From an uncultured Massilia sp. (GTDB lineage Bacteria > Pseudomonadota > Gammaproteobacteria > Burkholderiales > Burkholderiaceae_D), in contig CAJYXO010000071.1 of the NCBI GenBank assembly GCA_913778765.1, forward strand, positions 2,148 to 66,147: DNA of 64,000 bases, in the 5' to 3' direction. Of this stretch, positions 45,911 through 55,741 are shown one piece after another. The notes under the pieces were generated by a model. The model worked only from the letters and a program-made list of their open reading frames with translations. It was not told where the DNA came from and did not search any database. Position numbers and translations under genes: made by a program. Every line of letters starts with the position of its first letter. The first letter of the stretch is position 1.

Positions 45911-45987
45911 GTCATTCCCGCGCAGGCGGGAATCCAAGTCTGGCCGTGTCGTTACAAAACTTGGGTTCCCGCCTGCGCGGGAACGAC
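45911..45987. repeat. Bipartite REP/MITE-like element, copy 4 (overlaps the 3' end of a GNAT gene)
   Basis: GTCATTCCCGCGCAGGCGGGAATCCAAGT (45911..45939), spacer, AAACTTGGGTTCCCGCCTGCGCGGGAACGAC (45957..45987). Confidence 0.85.
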
Positions 45988-46497
45988 GATGGGGAACTCG
46001 ATGCTGTACAAATTCGTGCCCTTGTCTTCCGGCGCCAGATGGATGAAGCGTTCGAAGCGCATGCCCAGCTTGCGCAGCAGCCCGTTCGACGCCACGTTGC
46101 CCGGCGAGGCGATCGCCAGCAGGCGCCGCAGGCCCAATGTCGGCGCGTAGGCCAGCACCGCCTGCGCGGCCTCGAAGGCATAGCCCTGGCCGCGCCAGTC
46201 CGGCAGGTAGGCATAGCCGATGTCGACGCAGTCCAGGGTATCCCGCTTGATCAGGCCGCACATGCCGATCGGCGACGCCGCCGCCTTCGATTCCACCACG
46301 TACAGCGAGTGCCCGCGCGCTTCCTGCATCGCGATCGGTCCGCTCAAAAGCGCCGTGCGCGCCTCGTCCAGCGTGCGGATGCCCTTGTCGCCGATATGTT
46401 CGATGAAGGCCGGGTCGTTGACCAGCGCATAAAAGAAGGCATGGTCGTCCGGGGTCGCGACCCGCACCCGCAGGCGCGCGGTTTCAAGGATGTTCAC
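45952..46497 (-). CDS. GNAT-family N-acetyltransferase (RimJ/RimL-like)
   Basis: 181 aa. MNILETARLRVRVATPDDHAFFYALVNDP and the acetyl-CoA site WRGQGYAFEAA. The last 11 codons (VVPAQAGTQVL) and the TAA stop are encoded by the REP element. Confidence 0.8.
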   Translation of the reverse strand: MNILETARLRVRVATPDDHAFFYALVNDPAFIEHIGDKGIRTLDEARTALLSGPIAMQEARGHSLYVVESKAAASPIGMCGLIKRDTLDCVDIGYAYLPDWRGQGYAFEAAQAVLAYAPTLGLRRLLAIASPGNVASNGLLRKLGMRFERFIHLAPEDKGTNLYSIEFPIVVPAQAGTQVL

Positions 46498-46500
46498 GAA

Positions 46501-47031
46501 TCAGTCTTCCTCAGGCAGATCCCAGCGGGCCGGGTCTTCCAGCAGCTTGTACATCACATAGGCGTCGACGTAACCCAGGCGGCGGTGCCGGTAGGCCTTG
46601 GGCAGGGTGCCGACGATCGAAAACCCGAGCCGCTTCCACAGGTTGATCGCGGGCGAGTTGGTGCTGACCACGTAATTGAACTGCATGGCCAGGTAGCGCT
46701 GGCGGCGCGCTTCCTCGATGCTGTGCTCGCCCAGCATGCGCCCGACCCCCACCCCCTGCGCATTCGGACTCACCATGTAGGATGCGTTGGCCACGTGGTC
46801 GCCGCGGCCGATGTGGTTGGGCTGCAGCTTGTACATGCCGAGGATCCGCTCGTCGCCCTTGACCGCCACGAAGGTCGTCGCACTGGGGGCGAACCAGAAT
46901 TCGTGGCTGTCCTCGCGGCTGGTCGACGCGCTGTGGGCAAAGGTTTCGCCGCTGGCGGCATGCGCCCGGAAAATGGTCCATATCGCACTGAAGTCGGCGT
47001 CGGTTGCGGGACGAATCTGGATGTCTCTCAC
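46501..47031 (-). CDS. GNAT-family N-acetyltransferase
   Basis: IQIRPATDADFSAIWTIF... and the NAQGVGVGRMLGEH acetyl-CoA motif. Start uncertain: GTG at 47031 is chosen for the typical GNAT N-terminus; the track ORF ATG is at 47115. Confidence 0.7.
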   Translation of the reverse strand: MRDIQIRPATDADFSAIWTIFRAHAASGETFAHSASTSREDSHEFWFAPSATTFVAVKGDERILGMYKLQPNHIGRGDHVANASYMVSPNAQGVGVGRMLGEHSIEEARRQRYLAMQFNYVVSTNSPAINLWKRLGFSIVGTLPKAYRHRRLGYVDAYVMYKLLEDPARWDLPEED

Positions 47032-47205
47032 TTCTTGGCCTGCTCGAAATGTAACGAAAGCGCAAGATTCTAAACCGGTATTTGTCCGAACGGCGAAGGA
47101 AAAATGTAACCGCATTTACAGAGAGAAACTGAATTACGGTAGGCAACATTTTACACAGATGTAGAACAGACGCCCTGCCTGTATAGACAGGGCCAGCATG
47201 AAATC

Positions 47206-48486
47206 CTATTCCTTGCGGGTCAGCCGGAAATCCACATTCCGCGGGCGGCCCGGCAAATGCAGCGTGGCGCGCGCCGGCGGCGCTTCGCTGACGACCTGGC
47301 CGCGGCGCAGCACCAGGCGGCGCGCGGCGCGCAGGCGGATCGCTTCGACCGGGCCGCCGGCGTCGAGCAGCACGAGGTCGGCATTGCAGCCCGGTTCGAG
47401 GCCGTAGCCCTGCAGGCCGAGGATGCGCGCCGGGGTTTCGGTGACGGCCATGAAGCACTGGCGCATCGCGGCCTGGCCCGTCATCTGGGCCACGTGCAGG
47501 CCCATGTGCGCAACCTCCAGCATGTCGCCGGAACCCAGTCCGTACCACGGGTCCATCACGCAGTCGTGACCGAAGGCGACCGGCACGCCGGCGGCCAGCA
47601 GCTCCGGCACCCGGGTCATGCCGCGCCGCTTCGGGTAGGTATCGTGGCGGCCCTGCAGGGTAATGTTGATGAGCGGGTTCGCGATCGCCGCCACGCCCGA
47701 TTCCGCAATCAGGGGCAGCAGCTTGCTGACGTAGTAGTTGTCCATCGAATGCATGGAGGTCAGATGCGAGCCCGCCACCCTGCCCTGCAGTCCCAGGCGC
47801 TGGGTTTCACAGGCCAGGGTCTCGATGTGGCGCGACAGCGGATCGTCGGTCTCGTCGCAGTGCATGTCGACCATCAGGCCCTGCTCCGCCGCGAACTCGC
47901 ACAGCAGGCGCACCGATTCCGCGCCCTGCGCCATGGTGCGCTCGAAGTGCGGGATGCCGCCCACCACGTCGACCCCCATCGCGATCGCGCGCTTCAGGTT
48001 GTCGAAGGCGGAGGGGCTGCGCAGGAGGCCGTCCTGCGGGAAGGCGACCAGCTGCAGATCGATCCAGGGCGCGACGCGGCGCTTCACTTCCAGCAGGGCC
48101 TCGACCGCCAGCAGCCGGTCGTCGCAGATGTCGACGTGGGTGCGGATCGCCAGCAGGCCGCGCGCCACCGCCCAGTCGCAGTACTGCATCGCGCGCTCGA
48201 CCAGGGCTTCCTGCGCCAGTTGCGGTTTCAGCTCGCCCCACAGGGCGATCCCTTCCAGCAGGGTGCCGGATTCGTTCACCCGCGGCAGGCCGTAGCTGAG
48301 GGTGGCGTCCATGTGGAAGTGGGCGTCGACGAAAGGCGGGCTGGCCAGGTTGCCGGCGGCGTCGATCTCGCGCGCGCCCTGCACGGCAAGCCGCGGCCCG
48401 ACGGCGGCGATGCGTTCGCCGGCGATGGCGATATCGATACCATGGCGGCCGTCGGCCAGGGCGGCGTTGCGGATGACGAGGTCCAT
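47206..48486 (-). CDS. codA: Cytosine deaminase-type amidohydrolase
   Basis: Start at MDLVIRNAAL. FVDAHFHMD metal site and SGTLLEGIALWGELK, which resembles E. coli CodA SGTLFEGIERWAERK as I recall it. HCDETDD. About 426 aa. Confidence 0.75.
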   Translation of the reverse strand: MDLVIRNAALADGRHGIDIAIAGERIAAVGPRLAVQGAREIDAAGNLASPPFVDAHFHMDATLSYGLPRVNESGTLLEGIALWGELKPQLAQEALVERAMQYCDWAVARGLLAIRTHVDICDDRLLAVEALLEVKRRVAPWIDLQLVAFPQDGLLRSPSAFDNLKRAIAMGVDVVGGIPHFERTMAQGAESVRLLCEFAAEQGLMVDMHCDETDDPLSRHIETLACETQRLGLQGRVAGSHLTSMHSMDNYYVSKLLPLIAESGVAAIANPLINITLQGRHDTYPKRRGMTRVPELLAAGVPVAFGHDCVMDPWYGLGSGDMLEVAHMGLHVAQMTGQAAMRQCFMAVTETPARILGLQGYGLEPGCNADLVLLDAGGPVEAIRLRAARRLVLRRGQVVSEAPPARATLHLPGRPRNVDFRLTRKE

Positions 48487-48661
48487 GCGCGTTCTCCCGA
48501 TGAGTTGGCTCATTGTAGCGTAATGATGCAGATTAAAAAGTTATGCTGCGACGCAAGATTTCCTTGCAAAAACAACACAAATATGGCTTCCCAACCCTGC
48601 AGAACGCCTTTACACTGGCAGCTTATTGCAGTGCGTCATAACTGAATAAAAAGGGATCCAG

Positions 48662-49459
48662 ATGACTCTATTTTCCGACCAGTTGTCCGCCGTTCGCCAG
48701 GCCCAATGGGAGGCCCAGCTCGACATGTTCCGCACACTGGGCGAACGCGCCCTCGACAGCGCCGGCCAGGTTGCCGCGCTCAACATGCGCGCCTCGCGCG
48801 CCGCGTTGGAACAATCCGCGGGCGCCGTGAAGCAGATGCTCGAGCTGCGCGACCCGCGCGGCCTGTTCGACCTCGGCTCGGCCGCCCAGGGACAATGGCA
48901 GGCCATGTTCAACTACGGCCGCGAACTGATCAGCCTTGCCGCCGGCGCCCGCGCGCTGCCGCCGGTCCCCTTGCTGGCCGCGCCGGCAGCCAGCGCCAAC
49001 GTGCCGACCAGCTACACCCAGATCATCGAGCAGGCCTCGATCGCCACCGCGGACGCCGCGACCATCACCAGCGAAATCGCCGCCGCGGCCGTCGACATCG
49101 GCGCCGCGCATGCCGAAGCCGCGATCGATGCGGGCATCGTGGCGCAGACCGAAGCGGCCCCGGAAGCCGCCCCGGAAACCGCGCAGCCGGCCACGCGATC
49201 CGCCGCGCAACCGGCTCCCCACGCGCCGGCCGACGGCCAGGCCGCCGCCTTCGAAGCCGCCATCGAGACCGCCCTCGCCGACGAAGCCCCTTCCGCCGAA
49301 CCGAATCCCGTGGCCAAGGCCCTGAACGAAGTCTCGCCGAAGCCGGCCAGCGCCGCGCATCCGCTGGCCTCCATGGTGCCGCTGGAAGCCGCGGAAGGCG
49401 AGGTCGAACTGCCGCCGGTCACGCCGCCGAAAGCCTCGCGCGGCTCGCGCAGAAAATAA
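48662..49459 (+). CDS. phaP: Phasin-family protein with long Ala/Pro/Glu-rich C-terminal tail
   Basis: The N-terminal ~100 aa (FSDQLSAVRQAQWEAQLDMFRTLGERALDSAGQVAALNMRASRAALEQS...) fits Ralstonia-type phasins. The remaining ~150 aa is low complexity. Confidence 0.7.
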   Translation: MTLFSDQLSAVRQAQWEAQLDMFRTLGERALDSAGQVAALNMRASRAALEQSAGAVKQMLELRDPRGLFDLGSAAQGQWQAMFNYGRELISLAAGARALPPVPLLAAPAASANVPTSYTQIIEQASIATADAATITSEIAAAAVDIGAAHAEAAIDAGIVAQTEAAPEAAPETAQPATRSAAQPAPHAPADGQAAAFEAAIETALADEAPSAEPNPVAKALNEVSPKPASAAHPLASMVPLEAAEGEVELPPVTPPKASRGSRRK

Positions 49460-49551
49460 GCGCAGCGGGAAGCGCACCGCCAGGTCTGCAGGAGCCCGGC
49501 AAAAATAGTACATTAGCGGTCCTGTAACAAGAACGAAGAACGGGACACGCA

Positions 49552-51309
49552 ATGGGTTTGGCTAGGCTGATCGGCGGCTTCGTACGCCGGCATTGGCGTT
49601 CGTACGCGTCGTCGGCGGTGATGCTGTTCGGCGTCGCCCTGTGTTCGGTGCTGGTGCCGCGCAAGGTCGGCGCCACCATCGACGCCCTGGCGGCGCACCG
49701 CCTGCAGGGCCACGACCTCACCATCCAGCTCCTGCAGCTGCTCGGCCTCGGCCTCGCCATCTACGTCTTGCGGGTGGCCTGGCGCCTGCGCCTGTATTCG
49801 GCGGCCTACCGCCTCGGGGTCGAGCTGCGCACCCGCTTGTATGCGCGCTTGTCGGCCCAGGGCCCGGCCTTCTACCAGCGCCAGCGCACCGGCGACCTGA
49901 TGGCGCTCGCCACCAACGACATCGACGCCATCGAGCAGGCGGCCGGCGAAGCCATGCTGGCCGGCTTCGACGGCACCCTCACCCTGGTCATGGTGCTCGG
50001 CATCATGTTCCTCGGCGTCGACTGGCGCCTGACCCTGATCGCCCTGCTGCCCTTCCCGCTGATGGCGCTGGCCTTCTGGCGCATCTCGAGCCACATCCAC
50101 ACGGCCTCCGGCGATTCGCTGAAACGCTTCTCCGCGCTGAACGACCACGTGCAGGAGACGCTCTCCGGCGTGCGCACCCTGCGCGCCCTCGGCCTGGAGC
50201 AGCGCAGCGCCCAGCAATTCTCCGAACTGGCGGCGCGCGCCGCCGATGCCAGCCTGACGGCGCAGAAATGGGAAGCCGCCTACGAACCGGCGGTGGGCCT
50301 GACCCTGACCGCCGCCACCGGCCTCACGCTTGGCCTGGGCGGCTACCTGGTATGGAATGGACAGCTCACCATCGGTTCGCTGACCAGCTTCACGATGTAC
50401 CTTGGCCAGCTGATCTGGCCGATGTTCGCGGCCGGCTGGGTGCTGTCCCTGATCGAACGCGGACGCGCCGCGCTGGCGCGTTTGCAGCCGCTGCTGGATG
50501 CGCCGCTGACGGTGGTCGACGACGGCACGGTGGAGGCGCTGCGACGCGGCCCGCTGGTGCTGCAGGATGTGAGTCTTTCTTATGGCGGGCAGGAACAGCA
50601 GGCGCTGAAGCAGGTGTCCGTGCGCCTGGAACCCGGCCAGACCCTGGGCCTGGTCGGCCCCACCGGCGCCGGCAAGTCGACCCTGCTGCGCGTGCTGCTG
50701 CGCCAGGCCGAGCCCCAGACCGGTTCCGTCACCTGGGGCGGCCACGCCCTCGACGACTACACGCTGGCCACGCTGCGCGCCGGGATCAGCTGGGTGCCGC
50801 AGGAATCCTTCCTGTTCTCAGCCTCGATCGCCGAGAACATCGCACTCGGCAATCCCGGCGCTTCGCGTATTGAAATCGAGCATGCGGCGAAGATGGCCGA
50901 CATCCACGACGACATCCTGCGCTTCCCGGACGGCTACGACACGCCGGTCGGCGAAAAAGGCATCACCCTGTCCGGCGGCCAGCGGCAACGCGTGGCGATC
51001 GCGCGCTCGCTGCTGGCGCAAAGCCCGCTGCTGCTGCTCGACGATGCGCTGTCCGCGGTCGACACCGGCACCGAGACCCGCATCCTCGAACACCTCGACG
51101 AGTTGCGCGCATCGCGGCCCGAACTCTCGGCGGTGATCGCCAGCCACCGGCTGTCCGCCGTGGTCAAGGCCGACCTCATCGTCGTGCTGAAGGAAGGCCG
51201 CATCGTCGAAGCCGGCAGCCACGAGGCCCTGCTCGAAAAGGACGGCTGGTACGCCAGCCAGTGGCGCTATCAACAACTGGAGGCCAGCCTCGATGCAGTC
51301 CAGGAATAA
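49552..51309 (+). CDS. ABC exporter, fused permease/ATPase (MdlA-like half of a heterodimer)
   Basis: 585 aa. Six-TM domain, then Walker A GPTGAGKST, signature LSGGQRQR and Walker B LLLLDDALS. Confidence 0.9.
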   Translation: MGLARLIGGFVRRHWRSYASSAVMLFGVALCSVLVPRKVGATIDALAAHRLQGHDLTIQLLQLLGLGLAIYVLRVAWRLRLYSAAYRLGVELRTRLYARLSAQGPAFYQRQRTGDLMALATNDIDAIEQAAGEAMLAGFDGTLTLVMVLGIMFLGVDWRLTLIALLPFPLMALAFWRISSHIHTASGDSLKRFSALNDHVQETLSGVRTLRALGLEQRSAQQFSELAARAADASLTAQKWEAAYEPAVGLTLTAATGLTLGLGGYLVWNGQLTIGSLTSFTMYLGQLIWPMFAAGWVLSLIERGRAALARLQPLLDAPLTVVDDGTVEALRRGPLVLQDVSLSYGGQEQQALKQVSVRLEPGQTLGLVGPTGAGKSTLLRVLLRQAEPQTGSVTWGGHALDDYTLATLRAGISWVPQESFLFSASIAENIALGNPGASRIEIEHAAKMADIHDDILRFPDGYDTPVGEKGITLSGGQRQRVAIARSLLAQSPLLLLDDALSAVDTGTETRILEHLDELRASRPELSAVIASHRLSAVVKADLIVVLKEGRIVEAGSHEALLEKDGWYASQWRYQQLEASLDAVQE

Positions 51310-53098
51310 CAAGGAAAAGACCACGCCGGCCCAGGCCAGGCAGGCGGCCGGCCTGCTGCGCCGCGCCGCGCACCCGGACCGCGCCCACCTGGTGTGGGCC
51401 ACGGGCTGGCTGATCCTGGCCGCCGGCCTCGAAGTGCTCGGCCCCCTGCTCGGCAAGAAGCTGATCGACGAGCACCTGCTGCCGCACCATCTCGACTGGA
51501 CCCGCATGGGTTGGCTGCTGGGCGGCGTGCTGCTGACCGGCTGGGCCGCGTCCTGGCTGCGCTTCCTGCAGCTGGTGCGTTTATCGGGTCTGGCGATGCG
51601 TTCCGTGCAGCGCCTGCGCGAATGGGTGTACGGCCACGTGCTGCGCCTGCCGATGGCCTTCTTCGACCGCGCCATCACCGGCCAGCTGGTGAGCCGCGTC
51701 ACCAACGACACCGAGGCCGTCAAGACCCTGTACATCCAGGTGCTGTTCGTGATCCTCGACTCGACCATCGTGCTGATCGGGACCTCGATCGCGATGGCCT
51801 GGCTGGACTGGCGCCTGATGCTGATCGTGCTGGCCCTGCTGCCGGCCGTGCTGGGCATCATCTGGCTGTACCAGCGCCTGAGCGCACCGGCCGTCACCCG
51901 CGCGCGCGCCCTGCGCAGCGACATCAACGCCCAGATGGCGGAATCGATCGGCGGCATGAGCGTGCTGCAGGCGAACAATGCCCAGCACCGCTTCGGCCAG
52001 CGCTTCGCCGCCACCAACGACCAGCATTACACGGCGCGCGTGGCCGAACTGCGCGCCAACGCCTTCCTGCTGCGGCCCGCGCTGGACTTCCTCAACGTGA
52101 TCCTGCTGGCGGTGGTGATCTTCAGCTTCGGCCGGCAAAGCATGGGCGCGGTCGAGGTCGGGGTGCTGTATGCCTTCATCAGCTATATCGCACGGGTGGT
52201 CGAGCCGCTCATCCAGATCACGATGCAGTTCAGCGGCCTGCAGCAGGCGGTGGTCGCGACCGCGCGCGTGGCCACCCTGCTGGATGAAACCAGCGCGCCC
52301 GAACACGGCCGGCGCAGCGGCAGCGGCGGCCGTCCGGCCGACATCCCCGCCAGGCTCGATCCGGACGCGCCGGCGGTACGGGTACGCGACCTGAGCTTCG
52401 GCTACGTCGACGGCGTCACCGTGCTGCACCACCTGTCGCTCGAGATCCCGCAGGGCGCCTTCTTCGGCATCGTCGGCCACACCGGCAGCGGCAAGTCGAC
52501 CCTGCTGTCGCTGCTGCTGCGCTACTACCCAGCGCTTGACGGCAGCATCGAGATCCACGGCGAGCCGCTGGCCGCGATCGGCAACGAGCGCTTCCGCAAC
52601 GAGGTCGGCCTGGTGCCCCAGGATCCCTTCCTGCTGGCGGCGTCGGCGCGCGAGAACATCGACATGGGGCGCGGCCTGCCGCAGGCGGCGATCGAAGCCG
52701 CGGCGCGCGCCGCCCACGCCCACGACTTCATCGTCCGCCTCGAACAGGGCTACGACACGCCGCTGGGCGAAGGCGGCTCGCGCCTGTCCTCCGGCCAGAA
52801 GCAGCTGATCGCGATCGCCCGCGCCCTGGCCGGCAAGCCGCGCATCCTGCTGCTGGACGAAGCCACCTCGCGCATCGACAGCCAGACCGAACAGATCGTG
52901 CAGCAGGCCGTGGTCGGACTGCGCGGCAAGGTCACGGTGATCGCGATCGCGCACCGCCTGTCGACCATCCGCGACGCCGACCGCATCATCGTGCTGAACC
53001 ATGGCCGCATCAGCGAGGCCGGCAGCCATGAGGAACTGATGCGCATCGAAGGCGGTCTCTACCAGCGTCTTTACATGCTGCAGCAGCTTGCCGTTTAG
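51293..53098 (+). CDS. ABC exporter, fused permease/ATPase (MdlB-like half)
   Basis: 601 aa. Walker A GHTGSGKST, signature LSSGQKQL, Walker B ILLLDEATS. Overlaps the upstream gene by 17 nt. Confidence 0.9.
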   Translation: MQSRNNKEKTTPAQARQAAGLLRRAAHPDRAHLVWATGWLILAAGLEVLGPLLGKKLIDEHLLPHHLDWTRMGWLLGGVLLTGWAASWLRFLQLVRLSGLAMRSVQRLREWVYGHVLRLPMAFFDRAITGQLVSRVTNDTEAVKTLYIQVLFVILDSTIVLIGTSIAMAWLDWRLMLIVLALLPAVLGIIWLYQRLSAPAVTRARALRSDINAQMAESIGGMSVLQANNAQHRFGQRFAATNDQHYTARVAELRANAFLLRPALDFLNVILLAVVIFSFGRQSMGAVEVGVLYAFISYIARVVEPLIQITMQFSGLQQAVVATARVATLLDETSAPEHGRRSGSGGRPADIPARLDPDAPAVRVRDLSFGYVDGVTVLHHLSLEIPQGAFFGIVGHTGSGKSTLLSLLLRYYPALDGSIEIHGEPLAAIGNERFRNEVGLVPQDPFLLAASARENIDMGRGLPQAAIEAAARAAHAHDFIVRLEQGYDTPLGEGGSRLSSGQKQLIAIARALAGKPRILLLDEATSRIDSQTEQIVQQAVVGLRGKVTVIAIAHRLSTIRDADRIIVLNHGRISEAGSHEELMRIEGGLYQRLYMLQQLAV

Positions 53099-53233
53099 TC
53101 AACCATAAGCTAAAGGCATGGATATGTATCTTTTTTGTATAACTTCCTGAAAAAGTGTATTTCTCGGTAGCAAGCGGCGTAAAATGTCTGGTTAAGTCCC
53201 ATCGTGGGACCATCGACACGTCCTCGAGGAATT

Positions 53234-55303
53234 ATGTTGGCAGGCCACAAACCCGCATCGCACAAGCATCGCAGCCGCGCGCTGCTGGCGGCGCTTTTGC
53301 TGGCGTCCGGCCTCGCCTTCGCCGATGCGCCCGCCCCGCTGGCCCAGCGCCTGGCCGACATCCAGGACCTCGGCCGCTTCACGCCGCTGCGCGCCCTGCC
53401 CATCCTGTCGCAGATGGAGCGCGAAAGCCGCGCCGCGCCGCTGGCCGAGAAGGCCGCCTTCCTCGACCTGGCCTGCAAGATCCACGACAGCCTCGGGCAT
53501 TACGAACTCGCCAACAAACTGTGCGACGAGTTGATCCTGCTCGGCCAGCAGCACGCCGACAACACGATCCTCGCGCGCGGCATGCTGGACAAGGGCTATG
53601 TGATGTTCCACCTGAACGAACTGGCCCAGTCGCACCAGCTGATCTGGCAGGCGGAAAAGCTGGCGGTGGGCAGCCGCGACATGGACCTGCGGGTACGCTC
53701 CACGATTTCCTCGGGCCAGTCGTATGGCGAGGACGGCAACTTCCCGATGGCCCTCAGCAAGCTGCAGGCGGCGGCCACGCTGGCGCGCCAGAGCGGCCAG
53801 CCGATGCTGATGACGATCGCCTTCAATTCGCTGGCCTATCTGTACAACCAGATGCGCGAGCACGACAAGGGCTTCGAGGCGCTGAAGGAAGCCTACCGCG
53901 CCGCCGAGAGCATCGACTCGCCCGGGCGCATGGCCACCCTCAAGAACACCGAATACGCCTTGTCGATCGATTCCGGCCAGGTGCAGCGCGGCCTGAAGGC
54001 CCTGCTGGCGGCGGTCGAACTGGAACGCAGGATCGGCGCCGGCCCGATGGTCGCGACCTCGCTGGTCAATTTGTCCGACTGCTACCTGAAGCTGAAGGAT
54101 TACCGCAACGCCCTCTCGTACGCCGAGCAGGCGCTGGCGCAGGCGCGCCTGATCAACAACGACAGCTCGATGGCGACCGCGCGCATGAACATCGGCCAGG
54201 CGCTGCTGGCGATGGGCCGCCTGGCCGAAGGCAAGAAGAACATCGAAGCGGGCATGGCCTGGTACGAGCAGCAGGGCGACAAGCCGACGCTGCAGGATGC
54301 CCTGGCCGAATACGGTGAAGCGCTGGAGCGCGCCGGCGACCTGCCCGGCGCCCTGAAGGCCTACCACCGCGAACGCGCGCTGTCGAACGAACTGTTCGAG
54401 CAGCGCCGCCAGAAGGCGATGCTGGAGCTGCAGGAAAAATACGAGTCCGACAAGCGCCAGCGCCAGATCGAACTGCTGCGCCAGGAAAACCAGGTCAAGA
54501 GCACCGAGATCGACAATCGCCGCCTGCAGCAGCGCGTCTGGTGGCTGCTGGCGCTGGTGTTCGCGCTGTCCGCGGTGATCGTCTACTTCCTGTACCGCAA
54601 AGTGCGCCAGGCCAACGCCCGGCTCGAGGAAAAGAACCTGGAGCTCAAGCAGCAGAGCGCGCGCGATCCGCTGACCGCCCTGTACAACCGCCGCCACTTC
54701 CAGGAATTCATGCGCGGCCACCAGGAGATCGCGCAGACCGGCGCGACCGAGGAAACCGTCAGCGCCATCTACCTGATGGACGTCGACCACTTCAAGCACA
54801 TCAACGACACCTACGGCCACGGCGCCGGCGACGCGGTGCTGCGCGAAATCGCCGACGCCCTGCGCGAGATCCTGCGCGAGACCGACATGATCGTGCGCTG
54901 GGGCGGCGAGGAATTCCTGGCCTTCCTGCCGGCGGTGCCGCGCAGCAGCCTGGACGACGTCGCGCGCCGCCTGCTCAGCGGCATTCCGGCGCGCAGCATC
55001 GACTACCAGGGCGTCAAGCTGTCGGTCAACGTCTCGATCGGCTTCGCGCCCTTCCCGCTGGCGCCGGGCGGCAAGCCGATATCGTGGGAGCGCGCCGTCA
55101 ACCTGGTCGACATGGCCCTCTACCTGGCCAAGGGCCACGGCCGCAACCGCGCCTACGGCGTGCAGGGCTTCGCCCGCGATACCGGCATGAGCATCGAACA
55201 GATCGAGCAGGACATCGAAGGCGCATGGCGCGCCGGCAGCATCGAACTGTCGGTCGTGCAGGGCAACTGGACGCCGCCGCAGCTGCAGGCGGTGTCGGCG
55301 TAA
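53234..55303 (+). CDS. Diguanylate cyclase: signal peptide, TPR-like periplasmic/sensor region, TM helix, coiled coil, GGDEF domain
   Basis: Start at MLAGHKPASHKHRSRALLAALLLASGLAFA. TM WWLLALVFALSAVIVYFLY. Active site GGEEF, with an RxxD I-site (RETD) five residues upstream. Confidence 0.88.
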   Translation: MLAGHKPASHKHRSRALLAALLLASGLAFADAPAPLAQRLADIQDLGRFTPLRALPILSQMERESRAAPLAEKAAFLDLACKIHDSLGHYELANKLCDELILLGQQHADNTILARGMLDKGYVMFHLNELAQSHQLIWQAEKLAVGSRDMDLRVRSTISSGQSYGEDGNFPMALSKLQAAATLARQSGQPMLMTIAFNSLAYLYNQMREHDKGFEALKEAYRAAESIDSPGRMATLKNTEYALSIDSGQVQRGLKALLAAVELERRIGAGPMVATSLVNLSDCYLKLKDYRNALSYAEQALAQARLINNDSSMATARMNIGQALLAMGRLAEGKKNIEAGMAWYEQQGDKPTLQDALAEYGEALERAGDLPGALKAYHRERALSNELFEQRRQKAMLELQEKYESDKRQRQIELLRQENQVKSTEIDNRRLQQRVWWLLALVFALSAVIVYFLYRKVRQANARLEEKNLELKQQSARDPLTALYNRRHFQEFMRGHQEIAQTGATEETVSAIYLMDVDHFKHINDTYGHGAGDAVLREIADALREILRETDMIVRWGGEEFLAFLPAVPRSSLDDVARRLLSGIPARSIDYQGVKLSVNVSIGFAPFPLAPGGKPISWERAVNLVDMALYLAKGHGRNRAYGVQGFARDTGMSIEQIEQDIEGAWRAGSIELSVVQGNWTPPQLQAVSA

Positions 55304-55326
55304 GCGCCGCCGCGCCTTAAAACAAG

Positions 55327-55411
55327 GTCATTCCCGCGAAGGCGGGAATCCAGGTTCTGCATGCCTGACGAAACTCGGACAAACTTGGGTTCCCGCCTGC
55401 GCGGGAACGAC
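55327..55411. repeat. Bipartite REP/MITE-like element, copy 5
   Basis: GTCATTCCCGCGAAGGCGGGAATCCAGGTT (55327..55356), spacer, AAACTTGGGTTCCCGCCTGCGCGGGAACGAC (55381..55411). Lies between the convergent GGDEF and lipoprotein genes. Confidence 0.85.
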
Positions 55412-55420
55412 GGAGGTGCT

Positions 55421-55717
55421 TTAACGCGCCGCCTCCTGCATCTTCTCGCCCGCCTGTTCGACCTTCTCGCCGACTTTCGCGGTTGCCCGGTCCAGGTTCT
55501 CGCGTGCTTCCGCGGTAGCCTCCTTCGCCTTCTCGCGCGCACGTTCGGCCGCCGCGTTGGCCTTGACCACCTGCTGCTGCACGGCGCTCTGGACCTTCGC
55601 GCCGGCGTCGTCGACGGCCTTGCCGGCCTGCTGGGCCGGGCCCATGCCGTCCGACGAGGGATTGCAGCCGGCCAGCAATGCGGCCAGGCATAGCGCTGTT
55701 GTCATGGCTGGTTTCAT
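55421..55717 (-). CDS. Small lipoprotein with amphipathic-helix (LEA/apolipoprotein-like) repeats; last gene of the tubulin-like operon
   Basis: 98 aa. Lipobox LLAGC after MKPAMTTALCLAA. The mature part is K/E/A-rich and helical (AERAREKAKEATAEARENLDRATAKVGEKVEQAGEKMQEAA). Confidence 0.6.
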   Translation of the reverse strand: MKPAMTTALCLAALLAGCNPSSDGMGPAQQAGKAVDDAGAKVQSAVQQQVVKANAAAERAREKAKEATAEARENLDRATAKVGEKVEQAGEKMQEAAR

Positions 55718-55741
55718 GGTGCCTCCTCCTTTCCGACTCGG

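Noticed and set aside
47172-47193. Hairpin GCCCTG-N10-CAGGGC after the cytosine deaminase gene, considered as a terminator
   Set aside because: The stem is only 6 bp and no U-tract follows on the transcribed strand. The evidence is insufficient.
48514-48661. Possible PhaR-type boxes (TGC-rich repeats) upstream of the phasin gene
   Set aside because: I could not find a convincing repeated or palindromic unit matching any consensus I can state reliably.
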